DNA of 64,000 nt from the NCBI GenBank assembly GCA_965200645.1, contig CBDAUN010000002.1:309871-373870 (forward strand). The letters run 5' to 3'. This document shows positions 1-8,896 of the stretch, in pieces. The stretch comes from Arenicellales bacterium (lineage in GTDB: Bacteria > Pseudomonadota > Gammaproteobacteria > Arenicellales > JAJDZL01). A model generated the notes under the pieces. The model was not told the origin of the DNA, did no database searches, and saw only the letters and a list, made by a program, of their open reading frames with translations. The first letter of the stretch is position 1, and every line of letters starts with the position of its first letter. The position numbers and the translations under genes were made by a program.

Positions 1-1
1 G

Positions 2-535
2 GTTGAGCAAGCAATTGACGATGCCGATATTGGTGACTCTGAAAACATTTTGAAAGCGATTCGAATAGCAAACCCTTCCGGGCTGGGTTCGGTGCAACAG
101 CACGACGTTGCAAATACTGCTGTTGCTCCAATCAAAGAAATCATGGCAGAGGCTCAGGACAGGGACTCGATTGCCCATCAATACGCCAACGGCTATCCAT
201 ACATTTTTGAAGTTGGCTTACCCCATGCCAGAGCATTTCAGCAAAATTTCAAAAATGAAATCACAGTTGTCACTGCATTATTCTTACTGTTTCTCTCTGA
301 GTATCCAGACTCCCACATTGTTCGTCAATTTGGCTTGAAAACGGCATGTTCAGTTCAAGTCATTGCAGCTAGTTTGCTGCAAAATTTAGCGGATGCAGGA
401 GAGTTGGATGAGGTGTTCAGTGAGTTTTCCAGATACGATACCCTGTGGAAAAACACAGAACTGAATCCAGGTACAAGTGCTGACCTAACCGTTGCAACTA
501 TGCTGGCATTGAAAATTGAGGAGAATGTAGGATAA
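2..535 (+). CDS. CitG/MdcB-like triphosphoribosyl-dephospho-CoA synthase family protein, 5'-truncated by the window edge (H4MPT-island associated)
   Basis: The frame is open from base 2 (VEQAIDDADIGDSENILKAIRIANPSGLG...). The 50..535 ORF-track entry is therefore only the C-terminal part of a gene that runs off the left edge. The family call is from memory of CitG/MdcB-like genes that sit beside fae in methylotroph H4MPT clusters and was not searched. Confidence 0.4.
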   Translation, partial: VEQAIDDADIGDSENILKAIRIANPSGLGSVQQHDVANTAVAPIKEIMAEAQDRDSIAHQYANGYPYIFEVGLPHARAFQQNFKNEITVVTALFLLFLSEYPDSHIVRQFGLKTACSVQVIAASLLQNLADAGELDEVFSEFSRYDTLWKNTELNPGTSADLTVATMLALKIEENVG

Positions 536-626
536 TTGCAGACGACGTTTCGAAATTGGAATCACGTCTCACACAAACAACAATTCATAAATCTGATTCA
601 ACAACCACCCCTCAGAGGAGGCAAAA

Positions 627-1136
627 ATGACAAAAATAAATAATGTATGTGTAGGAGAGTCATTGGTCGGTGATGGCAATGAAGTCGCTCACATTGACTT
701 GATTATTGGTCCCCGCGGTTCAGCCGCCGAGTCCGCTTTCTGTAACAGTCTTTGTAACAACAAAGATGGATTTACCAGTCTACTGGCTGTAGCTTCACCC
801 AATGTTCCAGCGAAGCCAAATACAGTGATGTTCAATAAAGTTACCATGAAAGGTGCAAAGCAAGCTGTACAGATGTTTGGCCCGGCTCAAAGAGGTGTTG
901 CCATGGCAGTTATTGATAGTGTTGAAGACGGCACCATCCCTCAAGATGAAGCGGATGATTTGTTCGTTTGTGTCGGTGTGTTTATTCACTGGGAAGCAGA
1001 AGACGATGCAAAGATTCAAGACTACAACTACGAGGCAACTCGTGAAGCGATCCGACGTGCTGTTACCGGCAAGCCAAATGCAGCAGATGTTATCGCTCAA
1101 AAAGGAATCGAACATCCATTTGGCGCTCACGCTTAA
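627..1136 (+). CDS. fae: formaldehyde-activating enzyme (5,6,7,8-tetrahydromethanopterin hydro-lyase)
   Basis: 169 aa. It has long blocks typical of Fae: [79 protein letters not shown] Shine-Dalgarno lies 5 nt upstream of the ATG. Confidence 0.95.
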   Translation: MTKINNVCVGESLVGDGNEVAHIDLIIGPRGSAAESAFCNSLCNNKDGFTSLLAVASPNVPAKPNTVMFNKVTMKGAKQAVQMFGPAQRGVAMAVIDSVEDGTIPQDEADDLFVCVGVFIHWEAEDDAKIQDYNYEATREAIRRAVTGKPNAADVIAQKGIEHPFGAHA

Positions 1137-1169
1137 GTAGCAACCAAAGAAAATCTTTTTTGATGCCGG

Positions 1170-1192
1170 CTGTGCGGTTGTTCACCGTACAG
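1170..1192 (+). terminator. putative hairpin terminator after fae
   Basis: A 9-bp stem (CTGTGCGGT / ACCGTACAG, one G-T pair) with a 5-nt loop lies 34 nt after the fae stop. It is followed by only a weak T tract (tcagcatttc). Confidence 0.35.
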
Positions 1193-1309
1193 TCAGCATT
1201 TCTATGTACGGTTAGAGTTCATCCGGTCATATTGATTTAATGGATAAAGTAAACTGATATTTGGGCAAAAATCCAAATACAGAAACTGTACCAATTGAGG
1301 AGATAACCA

Positions 1310-1702
1310 ATGTCAGACACTACCCCTGATCGTCGACTGGAAGAGACATTCGATGAAGCCACCATAGAACGAAGGCTTTCTGAGGAACTGCCGCACTGGT
1401 TTTACGAAAATGGCTGGATCCGAAGGAAATATCGCACTACTGGCTGGAAGAGCACATTAATGGTAATTAATACAGTGGGACACCTATCGGAAGCCGCTTG
1501 GCATCATCCCGACCTCGCTGCATCCTATGCATTCGTAGTCGTCAAGTTAATGAATCATGCAGCAAAGGGCATTACAGAAAAGGACTTTGCACTTGCGAAA
1601 AAGATTGAAGAGGTGGTGCAATGGCAACCCGGAGTCGAGGATGGTCCACTTGAAGGCACTCCTACAGATGCCCGATTCCGCTATGTCAAATACGATGGGT
1701 AA
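1310..1702 (+). CDS. pterin-4a-carbinolamine dehydratase (PCD/DCoH) family protein
   Basis: 130 aa. The core (WFYENGWIRRKYRTTGWKSTLMVINTVGHLSEAAWHHPDL...VKLMNH) matches the PCD fold signature (HHPD followed by a short strand). A GAGGAG SD lies upstream. Confidence 0.7.
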   Translation: MSDTTPDRRLEETFDEATIERRLSEELPHWFYENGWIRRKYRTTGWKSTLMVINTVGHLSEAAWHHPDLAASYAFVVVKLMNHAAKGITEKDFALAKKIEEVVQWQPGVEDGPLEGTPTDARFRYVKYDG

Positions 1703-1742
1703 TTGTTGTTCCAGGAAAATTTAGTTATTTAGTTGTGCTTTC

Positions 1743-3053
1743 ATGGCTCAAGGAACTAATGTACTTATCAATCTTGGATCAAATTTCGGTGATCGTAGAC
1801 AGAATCTCTACGACGGAATTCAACAAATTCAACAACTCGATTTTTCGGTCAATAAAATCTCGCCCGTAGTAGAGTCGCCAGCCTTGTTGCCAACCGGTTC
1901 CCCTTCTGAATGGAATCGTCCATTTCTGAATGTCAACTTACACGGGGTTGGAAATCTTGGAGTGGATGCATTCTATCGCTCTACCAAAAAAATTCAAAAG
2001 GAATACAAAAGGTATTGCGCTTCGAATTATTCGCCTCGCAGTCTTGACATTGACATTATTGCTTGGGGAGATGAGGTGGTTTCGCTAAATGGCAAGGAAT
2101 TACCAAACTCATCACTCCATACAAAATCCTTTGTAATGTCTCCTCTAGTGCACACTGCTCCAGAATTTGAGTTCGTTAACGCCAACAAAACTGCTTTCGA
2201 AATTAGTTGTTCTCAGTCGCTTCCGTATCACATTCCACTTTGGATGGGCATTGTAAACGTGACGCCTGATTCGTTTTCTGGCAACAAAGGTGATTTTGAG
2301 TTAACCAAGATTCAAGCAACCGTAGAAAAGATGATCAGTAGTGGGGTAAATATCATTGATGTCGGAGCTGAATCCACTAGACCTAATGCAACACCTTTAA
2401 GTGCAGAACAGGAGTGGAAAAGACTGGCAGGTGTGTTGGAGGTTGTCAAAGAGTCGCTAAGTAAATCACTGTTTCCACCTCGATTAAGCATAGATACCTA
2501 TCATCCGGAAACAGTTGAAAAGGCTTTAAAAGTCGGCATTGACATGGTAAATGACGTATCTGGATTGAGTAGTGGCAAAATGATCTCACTGGTTCGAGAA
2601 AGTAATGTTGAAGTTGTCGCAATGCACAGTGTGACTGTACCGGTAGATCCAATGGTTTCCATCGATGATTCGAAGGATGCTGTTGAATTCTATGAAAAGT
2701 GGCTACGAATTCAGCAAGACCGTTGGAGTCAGGCAAAACTCAATCTGGACCGAATTATTGTCGATCCCGGAATAGGGTTTGGTAAAAGCAGCTTGCAAGC
2801 CTTAGACTTGATGCGTTCCATATCTCGAATTCGAAAACTTGGGCAGCGGGTTCTAATCGGTCACTCACGCAAACGATTCTTGAAGTCGTTTGCCCAGCGA
2901 GAGAGTTCAGATCTGGATATGGAAACAGTTGCAACTTCCTTACATATGAGTTCTCAAAATGTGGATATTCTGCGCGTTCACGACGTTGAGAGTCATACGC
3001 GTGCCTACTTGAGTTATGCGCATCTGCTCAATCAGAGAATTGAATTGGAGTAG
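1743..3053 (+). CDS. bifunctional HPPK (6-hydroxymethyl-dihydropterin pyrophosphokinase) / dihydropteroate synthase fusion
   Basis: The N-terminal ~160 aa is FolK-like (INLGSNFGDRRQNL...FLNVNL...RSLDIDIIAWGD). The C-terminal ~270 aa carries every DHPS block: GIVNVTPDSFSG, IIDVGAESTRP, LSIDTYH, MVNDVSGL, VVAMHS, VDPGIGFGKS, IGHSRKRF, LRVHDV. Confidence 0.85.
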   Translation: MAQGTNVLINLGSNFGDRRQNLYDGIQQIQQLDFSVNKISPVVESPALLPTGSPSEWNRPFLNVNLHGVGNLGVDAFYRSTKKIQKEYKRYCASNYSPRSLDIDIIAWGDEVVSLNGKELPNSSLHTKSFVMSPLVHTAPEFEFVNANKTAFEISCSQSLPYHIPLWMGIVNVTPDSFSGNKGDFELTKIQATVEKMISSGVNIIDVGAESTRPNATPLSAEQEWKRLAGVLEVVKESLSKSLFPPRLSIDTYHPETVEKALKVGIDMVNDVSGLSSGKMISLVRESNVEVVAMHSVTVPVDPMVSIDDSKDAVEFYEKWLRIQQDRWSQAKLNLDRIIVDPGIGFGKSSLQALDLMRSISRIRKLGQRVLIGHSRKRFLKSFAQRESSDLDMETVATSLHMSSQNVDILRVHDVESHTRAYLSYAHLLNQRIELE

Positions 3054-3057
3054 TGGT

Positions 3058-3630
3058 TTAAGTTTGTGATTGCGATTTGTTGTCCCGAAATTTTGAAACT
3101 TCATCCAGTAACCACTCCCAAGCGATCAGTTCCCTTTGACCGGCAGTCTTGTCGATAGCGATCGACAAGTACTCCAGTTCAGAATCAATTTTCGTTTCCG
3201 AAAGCATCGATAGGCGACTAATTAAAATTGCCGCTTCAATAACCGCCGCCTGAGCACGATTAAACCCAGCGAAGGGTGCCATAGTCTTTGACTTAGTTTC
3301 TTGAAGGAACACTTTTGGCCGAAGAGCGTCATCTTCCATTTTACAAACTTGCAGTTCACGGAAGGCTAAAGCGCATTCTAATATCCTGCCGGGTACTGTA
3401 GTTGCCGGCACGGTAGGCCAATCAGTGCGCCCTGTTAGGCAACCAGCAAACACCCGCACATCATCCGTGAAATTCACCACTGCACAATGAGTGGAAAGGA
3501 GATTTGAAAGTGTTTGTGAGGGCTTGAATGGTGCAATGACGACCAACGAGTCCTGATAACGAATACCCATTGGAGCAATGTGTACAGAGCCTTCATCGTC
3601 CACTGTAGTGACGATGACTTCGTGAATCAT
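3058..3630 (-). CDS. DUF447-family protein (H4MPT-biosynthesis associated)
   Basis: 190 aa beginning MIHEVIVTT..DDEGSVHIAPMG. It overlaps the upstream DHPS-related gene by 4 nt. The family and its association with methanopterin clusters are recalled from knowledge, not searched. Confidence 0.55.
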   Translation of the reverse strand: MIHEVIVTTVDDEGSVHIAPMGIRYQDSLVVIAPFKPSQTLSNLLSTHCAVVNFTDDVRVFAGCLTGRTDWPTVPATTVPGRILECALAFRELQVCKMEDDALRPKVFLQETKSKTMAPFAGFNRAQAAVIEAAILISRLSMLSETKIDSELEYLSIAIDKTAGQRELIAWEWLLDEVSKFRDNKSQSQT

Positions 3631-5033
3631 GATTCGTCGTTCCTGCCTTTTTTCATCTCAGTGCTGACTGGTTTGTCGTATTCATTTGCAGGAAGATCTT
3701 CTGGCAAGATACCGCCCCAACTTAAATCCCGATCCTGTAAGTATCGTTTGCCCAAATGCCATGCAATTTGGGCTTTGGTCAATTCTGCACCAAGATAAAA
3801 GGCGTGTGACCCATCTTCTTCAACATTGAGGTTTGGAAATAGATCAAAAGGGTTGGTCGACACAAACAATCCGGCTCGATTAAAAATGTAGATTCCTTCT
3901 TCACCAACTCGAATTCTAAAACTGGGGTCTTTGATCATTTCAGCCAGTTCACGAATTTCCTCGTCCGAATCCGCAAAGGGTTTCTTTTCGTGTAGCGTAA
4001 TTAGACTTTCGTCAAATCCCTTCGGAATACTAGCATCCGATTTTGCCGCATACATCATTCTACGGGCCAAGTCGGTTTCTCTAATAACGGTATGCGCATG
4101 TTTGCTTACCTGTGTTGTCAAAACTGCCTTAGCATCAATTTCAGATACGATTCCCATGAGCAGCGCAGTCATACCGGTAGTATCTGCGTCGGTTAACTCC
4201 GTGAGGTTGCCAATACCAACCATAATGTCAATTTGAGGATATTTGGCTCTCAATTCATGATATTGAACAATGGATTGAGTAAATCCGAAGTGAATTGGCG
4301 TCAAAATTGAATCCGCCATGAATGCGTTTCCCTGTTCGAGCAAAGCATCAATCGCGCGATACAGTGATGGAATTCCATACTCCTCGTCTGGAATCAGAAT
4401 CGGAATACTGTCCGTTTCATCACAAATCCACAAAGTACTCTCCGTCAGACTCAGTAGGTAGTCTGCACCCGCATGAGCTCCGGTAAGTAGTTCAGCGCTA
4501 TTGAGTGAGTCAATACTGACGGCAAAGTCTTCAGTTTTCAGCGTTTCAATTGACTCTTTGAGATGTGTAAACTCAACTTCCGGCAGGGTGCCAACATCAA
4601 TCACATCCGCACCAGCTCGACGAAAGGCATAGGCTGCTTCGACGATTGCTTCCACACTCATATTCGGTGCGTCAACAATTTCGGCAAAAATTGACGCCGA
4701 GTAATTATCGAGAGAAATTTTGCGATTAGTCGAGCCGAAGTATTCCGGCAAATCCTTCAGCTCTTTAGGACCGCGGTCGACTGGAATTTGAAAGTGTTCG
4801 GACAAATCATCGGGGTCAAACGCACATAACCCAGGGAGTAACATTCGATCAAAATTTTCAACATTCTGCAATCGGCGCTTAATCATTTCACTAGTCATCA
4901 GAGCTGCAACGCTTACACCAAGTTGCCTAATCTCATAGGTGAACGCCTTGTCATCCAATGATTCGAGAATGCGCTGCAGATTGGTTTCTGCCAGTCGTCC
5001 AGTGAGAAAAAGGATTCGTTCTGGCATGGACAA
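3627..5033 (-). CDS. dihydropteroate synthase-related protein, archaeal MJ0107-like (methanopterin branch)
   Basis: 468 aa. The central pterin-binding barrel has signatures (GADVIDVG, SIDS, GIGNLTEL). The long N- and C-terminal extensions are typical of the DHPS-related proteins of H4MPT/methanopterin clusters. Confidence 0.7.
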   Translation of the reverse strand: MSMPERILFLTGRLAETNLQRILESLDDKAFTYEIRQLGVSVAALMTSEMIKRRLQNVENFDRMLLPGLCAFDPDDLSEHFQIPVDRGPKELKDLPEYFGSTNRKISLDNYSASIFAEIVDAPNMSVEAIVEAAYAFRRAGADVIDVGTLPEVEFTHLKESIETLKTEDFAVSIDSLNSAELLTGAHAGADYLLSLTESTLWICDETDSIPILIPDEEYGIPSLYRAIDALLEQGNAFMADSILTPIHFGFTQSIVQYHELRAKYPQIDIMVGIGNLTELTDADTTGMTALLMGIVSEIDAKAVLTTQVSKHAHTVIRETDLARRMMYAAKSDASIPKGFDESLITLHEKKPFADSDEEIRELAEMIKDPSFRIRVGEEGIYIFNRAGLFVSTNPFDLFPNLNVEEDGSHAFYLGAELTKAQIAWHLGKRYLQDRDLSWGGILPEDLPANEYDKPVSTEMKKGRNDES

Positions 5034-5145
5034 TTCTAGTTGCTGTGAATTTGTGTTCTACAGGTTTGAATTATTTCAATAATTCAACAACTTAAAACAA
5101 CTGCAGGTTGAGGAATTGAAGCGAGACTACGCAATTCACCAACAC

Positions 5146-5703
5146 TTAATTCTGCAAGCTGGCTATTCGGTCTTCAAGTGCCGTTTGCAAGTCGCCAACG
5201 TTTGTGACCAAAGTGGTGTCCTCAAACTCTCCAATTCTATGTGCACAATCTAAATCAATCTTTCGAGGGTAGACGGTCACCATTTTTCCCGGTGCTGGGG
5301 TGATTACCACCGGTTCGGTATCACAGGCATAAACAACAGCAGGAATTCGACACTTACCCGCTTGTGCAAAAACGTTAGTCACTAATGTGTCGGATATTCC
5401 CGCTACGCATTTTGCAACCGTATTGGATGTTGCAGGAGCAACGATCAATGTATGGTAATTTCCCTCATAAAACTGTCCCACAGGTACTGCACTGGCAGTG
5501 GAGTCGTGAAACATGCGAATACCGGCTTCCTTCAGTCGCTCCTTGTACTTGTACATGACCAGGACTTCTTCAACTGCACGACTCAAAAACAAGTCAACGT
5601 CGTCTAAAGTCATCAGGATATCCAAGCACTCCTTCAGGTCGTGACCTGATCCGGTCAAAGCCCATGCAATACGAGCATTTTCGTATTTGCGTGCCATATT
5701 CAA
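5146..5703 (-). CDS. flavoprotein of the AfpA/DmrB (HFCD-like) family, possible dihydromethanopterin reductase
   Basis: 185 aa. The flavodoxin-like N-terminus (RIAWALTGSGH) and the later PATSNTVAKCVAGISDTLVTN motif are typical of FMN-binding Flavoprotein-family members. It lies within the H4MPT island. Confidence 0.5.
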   Translation of the reverse strand: MNMARKYENARIAWALTGSGHDLKECLDILMTLDDVDLFLSRAVEEVLVMYKYKERLKEAGIRMFHDSTASAVPVGQFYEGNYHTLIVAPATSNTVAKCVAGISDTLVTNVFAQAGKCRIPAVVYACDTEPVVITPAPGKMVTVYPRKIDLDCAHRIGEFEDTTLVTNVGDLQTALEDRIASLQN

Positions 5704-5758
5704 ATACTCATAGAGTAGGTGGCAGGAAACAGAATGTAAACCTCTATCGAGGCAGTAC

Positions 5759-7249
5759 TCATTTCTGCCACGAAAGCTCGGTTCTTATTTTCTTTTGCTT
5801 CTCCTTAACTCGTTCGGCTCTATAGAAGTCGTTTCCTGCAATATCTTCAGCAAGATTGAGTTGTTTCATAGCTGCATTCAACTGACCGTTCAAGTAGTAG
5901 TACTCAGCTGTAGAAAAGTGAACGTCAAATGCATCATTGGCTTGTGCTGATGCTCGAGCGTGCAGTTTGTGTAACCGAGGAATTTTAGGGTGATCGAGAA
6001 TTATTTTGCGCACGAGCCGCTTTGCTTCCTTTGCTTGTTTGGCGTCGAGCAAAATATTGGCGTATAGTTCAGCGAGAGAAAGGGATTGATTGAACTTAAG
6101 TGCGTTTTCAAGAATTTGCTTTGCAGATTCCGAATTGCCGCTGGCCAATTCTATTTCAGCGTTGGCAAGAATAAACCAAGTATTGTTCGGGTCTTTTGTT
6201 ATCAACTTTCCAATATTCTGTTGCGCCTCATCGTGTCTATTGTCTTTCGACAATGCGAGTGCAAGCCCGTATAAACCAGCATTGCCTTGATCTCCCTGGT
6301 CTACTTGTTCGACAAATGATGCGACGGTGGCGGACGGAACAAAGTTGTTCAGGACTGTAGATCTGGCTTTTGCCAGTTGGAAGTCGTTCGAGTCAGCATC
6401 ATAGTTTCTCCCTTCGTAAGCTCTTAGCCGGTTTTCAACATTAGCGATTCTTTCTGGTGTAAGTGGATGGGTGTTATGTATCGATGACTGTCGGGCACCT
6501 GCCAACCGAATCCACTGTTCCAAGGAATCCATAAAGTTCCTGGCCTGTCTTGGTTCAATATTGGATGCAGCAAGAATTCGAAGTGCAATAGCATCAGCTT
6601 CACGCTCAAAGTGTAGTGTATACCGAATAAGTGCATCCTTTTGCGCAGCAGCAGCCGTAACCGCCAATCCCAATCCTTCGCTTCCGCCAGCAATAAGGCC
6701 GCCCAACACTGCAATCATTGATGGGACAGCCAGGTCCTTCTGTCTTTCCATCATCTGTGGGAGATGTCTTTGGGTGTGGTGTGCGATTTCATGTGCGACG
6801 ACCGAAGCAAATTCTCCTTCTGTTGCTGCCAAATCGACAAGCCCAGTGAAAAACACAAATGTAGCACCCGGACCTGCCAGTGCATTGACTGCGTTATTGT
6901 CAACAATAATCACTCTGAAGTTGCTGGAGTCAAATCCTGCATTAGCCGCAAGTCGCTTTGCGAGCCCTGTAACATAATCCGATAGTTGCGGGTCTTCGAC
7001 AATCGTCATTTGTTCTCGAATGAGTTTTAGAAATTCTCTGGCTACGATTTCATCCTGAATCGTTGTCAGGACTGGTGCAACGTTTGGCTGGGCGTCAGGA
7101 AGTGGAACTTGACTTGCCCCTTTTGCAATTGATAAGCCAATCAAAATAAGCACAGCGATGACCACCAGGTAGGTAGGGTGTCTTAACTGCGTGAATCTAC
7201 AAAGCATGAAATAGACCGTTGAATAGTAATTGGGAGAGTGGAACGCCAA
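5759..7249 (-). CDS. periplasmic M48 zinc metalloprotease with C-terminal TPR repeats (BepA/YfgC-like)
   Basis: It has an HEIAHHTQRH (HExxH) motif, an N-terminal hydrophobic signal/anchor (YLVVIAVLILIGLSIAKG) and a TPR-like C-terminal half. The true start may be the internal Met at 7207. Confidence 0.8.
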   Translation of the reverse strand: MAFHSPNYYSTVYFMLCRFTQLRHPTYLVVIAVLILIGLSIAKGASQVPLPDAQPNVAPVLTTIQDEIVAREFLKLIREQMTIVEDPQLSDYVTGLAKRLAANAGFDSSNFRVIIVDNNAVNALAGPGATFVFFTGLVDLAATEGEFASVVAHEIAHHTQRHLPQMMERQKDLAVPSMIAVLGGLIAGGSEGLGLAVTAAAAQKDALIRYTLHFEREADAIALRILAASNIEPRQARNFMDSLEQWIRLAGARQSSIHNTHPLTPERIANVENRLRAYEGRNYDADSNDFQLAKARSTVLNNFVPSATVASFVEQVDQGDQGNAGLYGLALALSKDNRHDEAQQNIGKLITKDPNNTWFILANAEIELASGNSESAKQILENALKFNQSLSLAELYANILLDAKQAKEAKRLVRKIILDHPKIPRLHKLHARASAQANDAFDVHFSTAEYYYLNGQLNAAMKQLNLAEDIAGNDFYRAERVKEKQKKIRTELSWQK

Positions 7250-7429
7250 GCGTTCTAAGTATTTTACTCGCTGTTAGTATCCCTGAAGTTTCACCATGAC
7301 TTGTGATAGGAGCATAGGTTGAGACGAAACAGCGTGACATATAATTGAAACAACATGCTACTGATGCCCACAATGGCGTAAATTTTTTTTCATAGGTCGC
7401 AAGCGTCGCCATAAATCTGAAACAGATCA

Positions 7430-7822
7430 ATGAAGTTCAATATTTTGGTCAACGAAGGTCCCTATACTCATCAAGCTTCCGATACCGCCTATCAATTCGC
7501 GTATGCCGCCATCAATTCAGGACACGAAGTGGTGCAAGTCTTCTTTTATCACGATGGTGTCTACAATAGCACAAAGTTGAGTGTACCCCCCATAGATGAT
7601 CGCGATATTGTCAAGCGATGGGTAGCGTTTGCCGAAGACCACGGCGTTAAATTGAACGTGTGTGTAGCGGCAAGTCAACGTAGGGGAATTCTTGATTCAT
7701 CCGAAGCAAGGCGTCACGCACGGGATTCGGATAATGTGGATAGTCAATTTCACATTACCGGCATTGGACAATTTATAGAAGGTGCGATTGTTGCTGATCG
7801 AACGATTGTGTTCGGCGACTGA
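7430..7822 (+). CDS. dsrE: DsrE/TusD family sulfurtransferase subunit
   Basis: 130 aa. MKFNILVNEGPY...FFYHDGV...LNVCVAASQRRGI contains the conserved active-site Cys context of DsrE/TusD. It is the first gene of an E-F-H-C series. Confidence 0.85.
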   Translation: MKFNILVNEGPYTHQASDTAYQFAYAAINSGHEVVQVFFYHDGVYNSTKLSVPPIDDRDIVKRWVAFAEDHGVKLNVCVAASQRRGILDSSEARRHARDSDNVDSQFHITGIGQFIEGAIVADRTIVFGD

Positions 7823-7843
7823 GCCAGGATAGGTTTTGAAGCA

Positions 7844-8236
7844 TTGAACAGTATCTCAAAAAGAATTATCTTCGTATTTCGGCGGGCTCCGTATGGAACA
7901 ATCTATGCTCAAGAAGCATTGGATATGCTAATGACAGGTGCTGCATTTGATCAAATTGTGTGCCTGGCATTTCTTGATGACGGCGTCTTTCAACTAAAGC
8001 GAGGACAAAGCCCACAAGTCATTGGAATGAAGCACTATTCTCGAGCATTCGGAGCGCTTGGTGACTTCGAAGTGACCAGTGTTTTTGTCGAGCTAGAGTC
8101 GCTAAAAACCCGTGGATTGAATCAGTCTGATCTCATCGAAATAAACGATGAAGATGACAAAAACATGGTTAAAGTCATTCCAACAATCGAATTGGCAACT
8201 GTTATGAATGAACAAGACATAGTCCTTCAGGTTTGA
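7844..8236 (+). CDS. dsrF: DsrF/TusC family sulfur-relay subunit
   Basis: 130 aa with a TTG start. IIFVFRRAPYGT...AFDQIVCLAFLDDGV is typical of DsrF/TusC, and it sits between the E and H subunits. Confidence 0.8.
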   Translation: MNSISKRIIFVFRRAPYGTIYAQEALDMLMTGAAFDQIVCLAFLDDGVFQLKRGQSPQVIGMKHYSRAFGALGDFEVTSVFVELESLKTRGLNQSDLIEINDEDDKNMVKVIPTIELATVMNEQDIVLQV

Positions 8237-8242
8237 AGAATT

Positions 8243-8545
8243 ATGCTTCACACTGTTAACAAGTCCCCAAATGAAAAACTCAGTTTGATGAGTTGTCTAA
8301 GGCTTGCGACTCCTGGAAGTGACATTCTACTCATCGAAGATGGTGTCTATGCCAGCCTATCCGGAGCGGCGATGGCGCCAATGATGCACGAAGCAGTAGA
8401 AAAGTTTTCTGTATACGTACTGGAACCCGATCTTACGGTTCGAGGGTTGCAGTCATCTGCAATTGTTGATGGCATTTCAAAAATTGACTATGCAGGGTTT
8501 GTTTCGCTCGCTGTTCAGAATCAAAGCATACAGTCTTGGCTATAA
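8243..8545 (+). CDS. dsrH: DsrH/TusB family sulfur-relay subunit
   Basis: 100 aa. MLHTVNKSP...SCLRL...DILLIEDGVY matches the DsrH/TusB pattern, including the N-terminal Cys. Confidence 0.8.
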   Translation: MLHTVNKSPNEKLSLMSCLRLATPGSDILLIEDGVYASLSGAAMAPMMHEAVEKFSVYVLEPDLTVRGLQSSAIVDGISKIDYAGFVSLAVQNQSIQSWL

Positions 8546-8551
8546 CCACTC

Positions 8552-8884
8552 ATGGCTATAGAATTCAACGGAAAAGTCTACGAAACTGACGAAGAAGGTT
8601 TTCTTCAGGTTCCGGAGGAATGGAGCGTGGAACTCGCCGCAAAGATGGCGACCGATGATGGTTGCGAGTTAACGCCGGATCACTGGACTGCAATCAACAT
8701 TCTCCGAGACTACTACGCACAGTACGCAATTGCCCCTCCCGTTCGAATTCTAGTACGTCATATGGGGAAGCAATTGGGAAAGGAAAAGGCTAATAGCCCG
8801 TATCTTTATGAGTTGTTTCCATTTGGTCCAGCCAAGCAAGCATGTCGTTATGCCGGGCTTCCAAAACCGACGGGTTGCATTTGA
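8552..8884 (+). CDS. dsrC: DsrC-type sulfur carrier protein with both C-terminal redox cysteines
   Basis: 110 aa. The C-terminus is ...GPAKQACRYAGLPKPTGCI, with a penultimate Cys (codon 8876-8878) and a second Cys ten residues away (codon 8843-8845), giving CX10C. As I recall it, E. coli TusE has Thr at the upstream position. Confidence 0.85.
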   Translation: MAIEFNGKVYETDEEGFLQVPEEWSVELAAKMATDDGCELTPDHWTAINILRDYYAQYAIAPPVRILVRHMGKQLGKEKANSPYLYELFPFGPAKQACRYAGLPKPTGCI

Positions 8885-8896
8885 ATCAGGTCGCAA

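Noticed and set aside
7241-7255. A perfect inverted repeat GAACGC-caa-GCGTTC at the 5' end of the M48 protease ORF, in the region divergent from dsrE.
   Set aside because: It is only 6 bp per arm and overlaps the uncertain start codon of the protease ORF. No second copy or partner regulator is visible, so support for an operator is insufficient.
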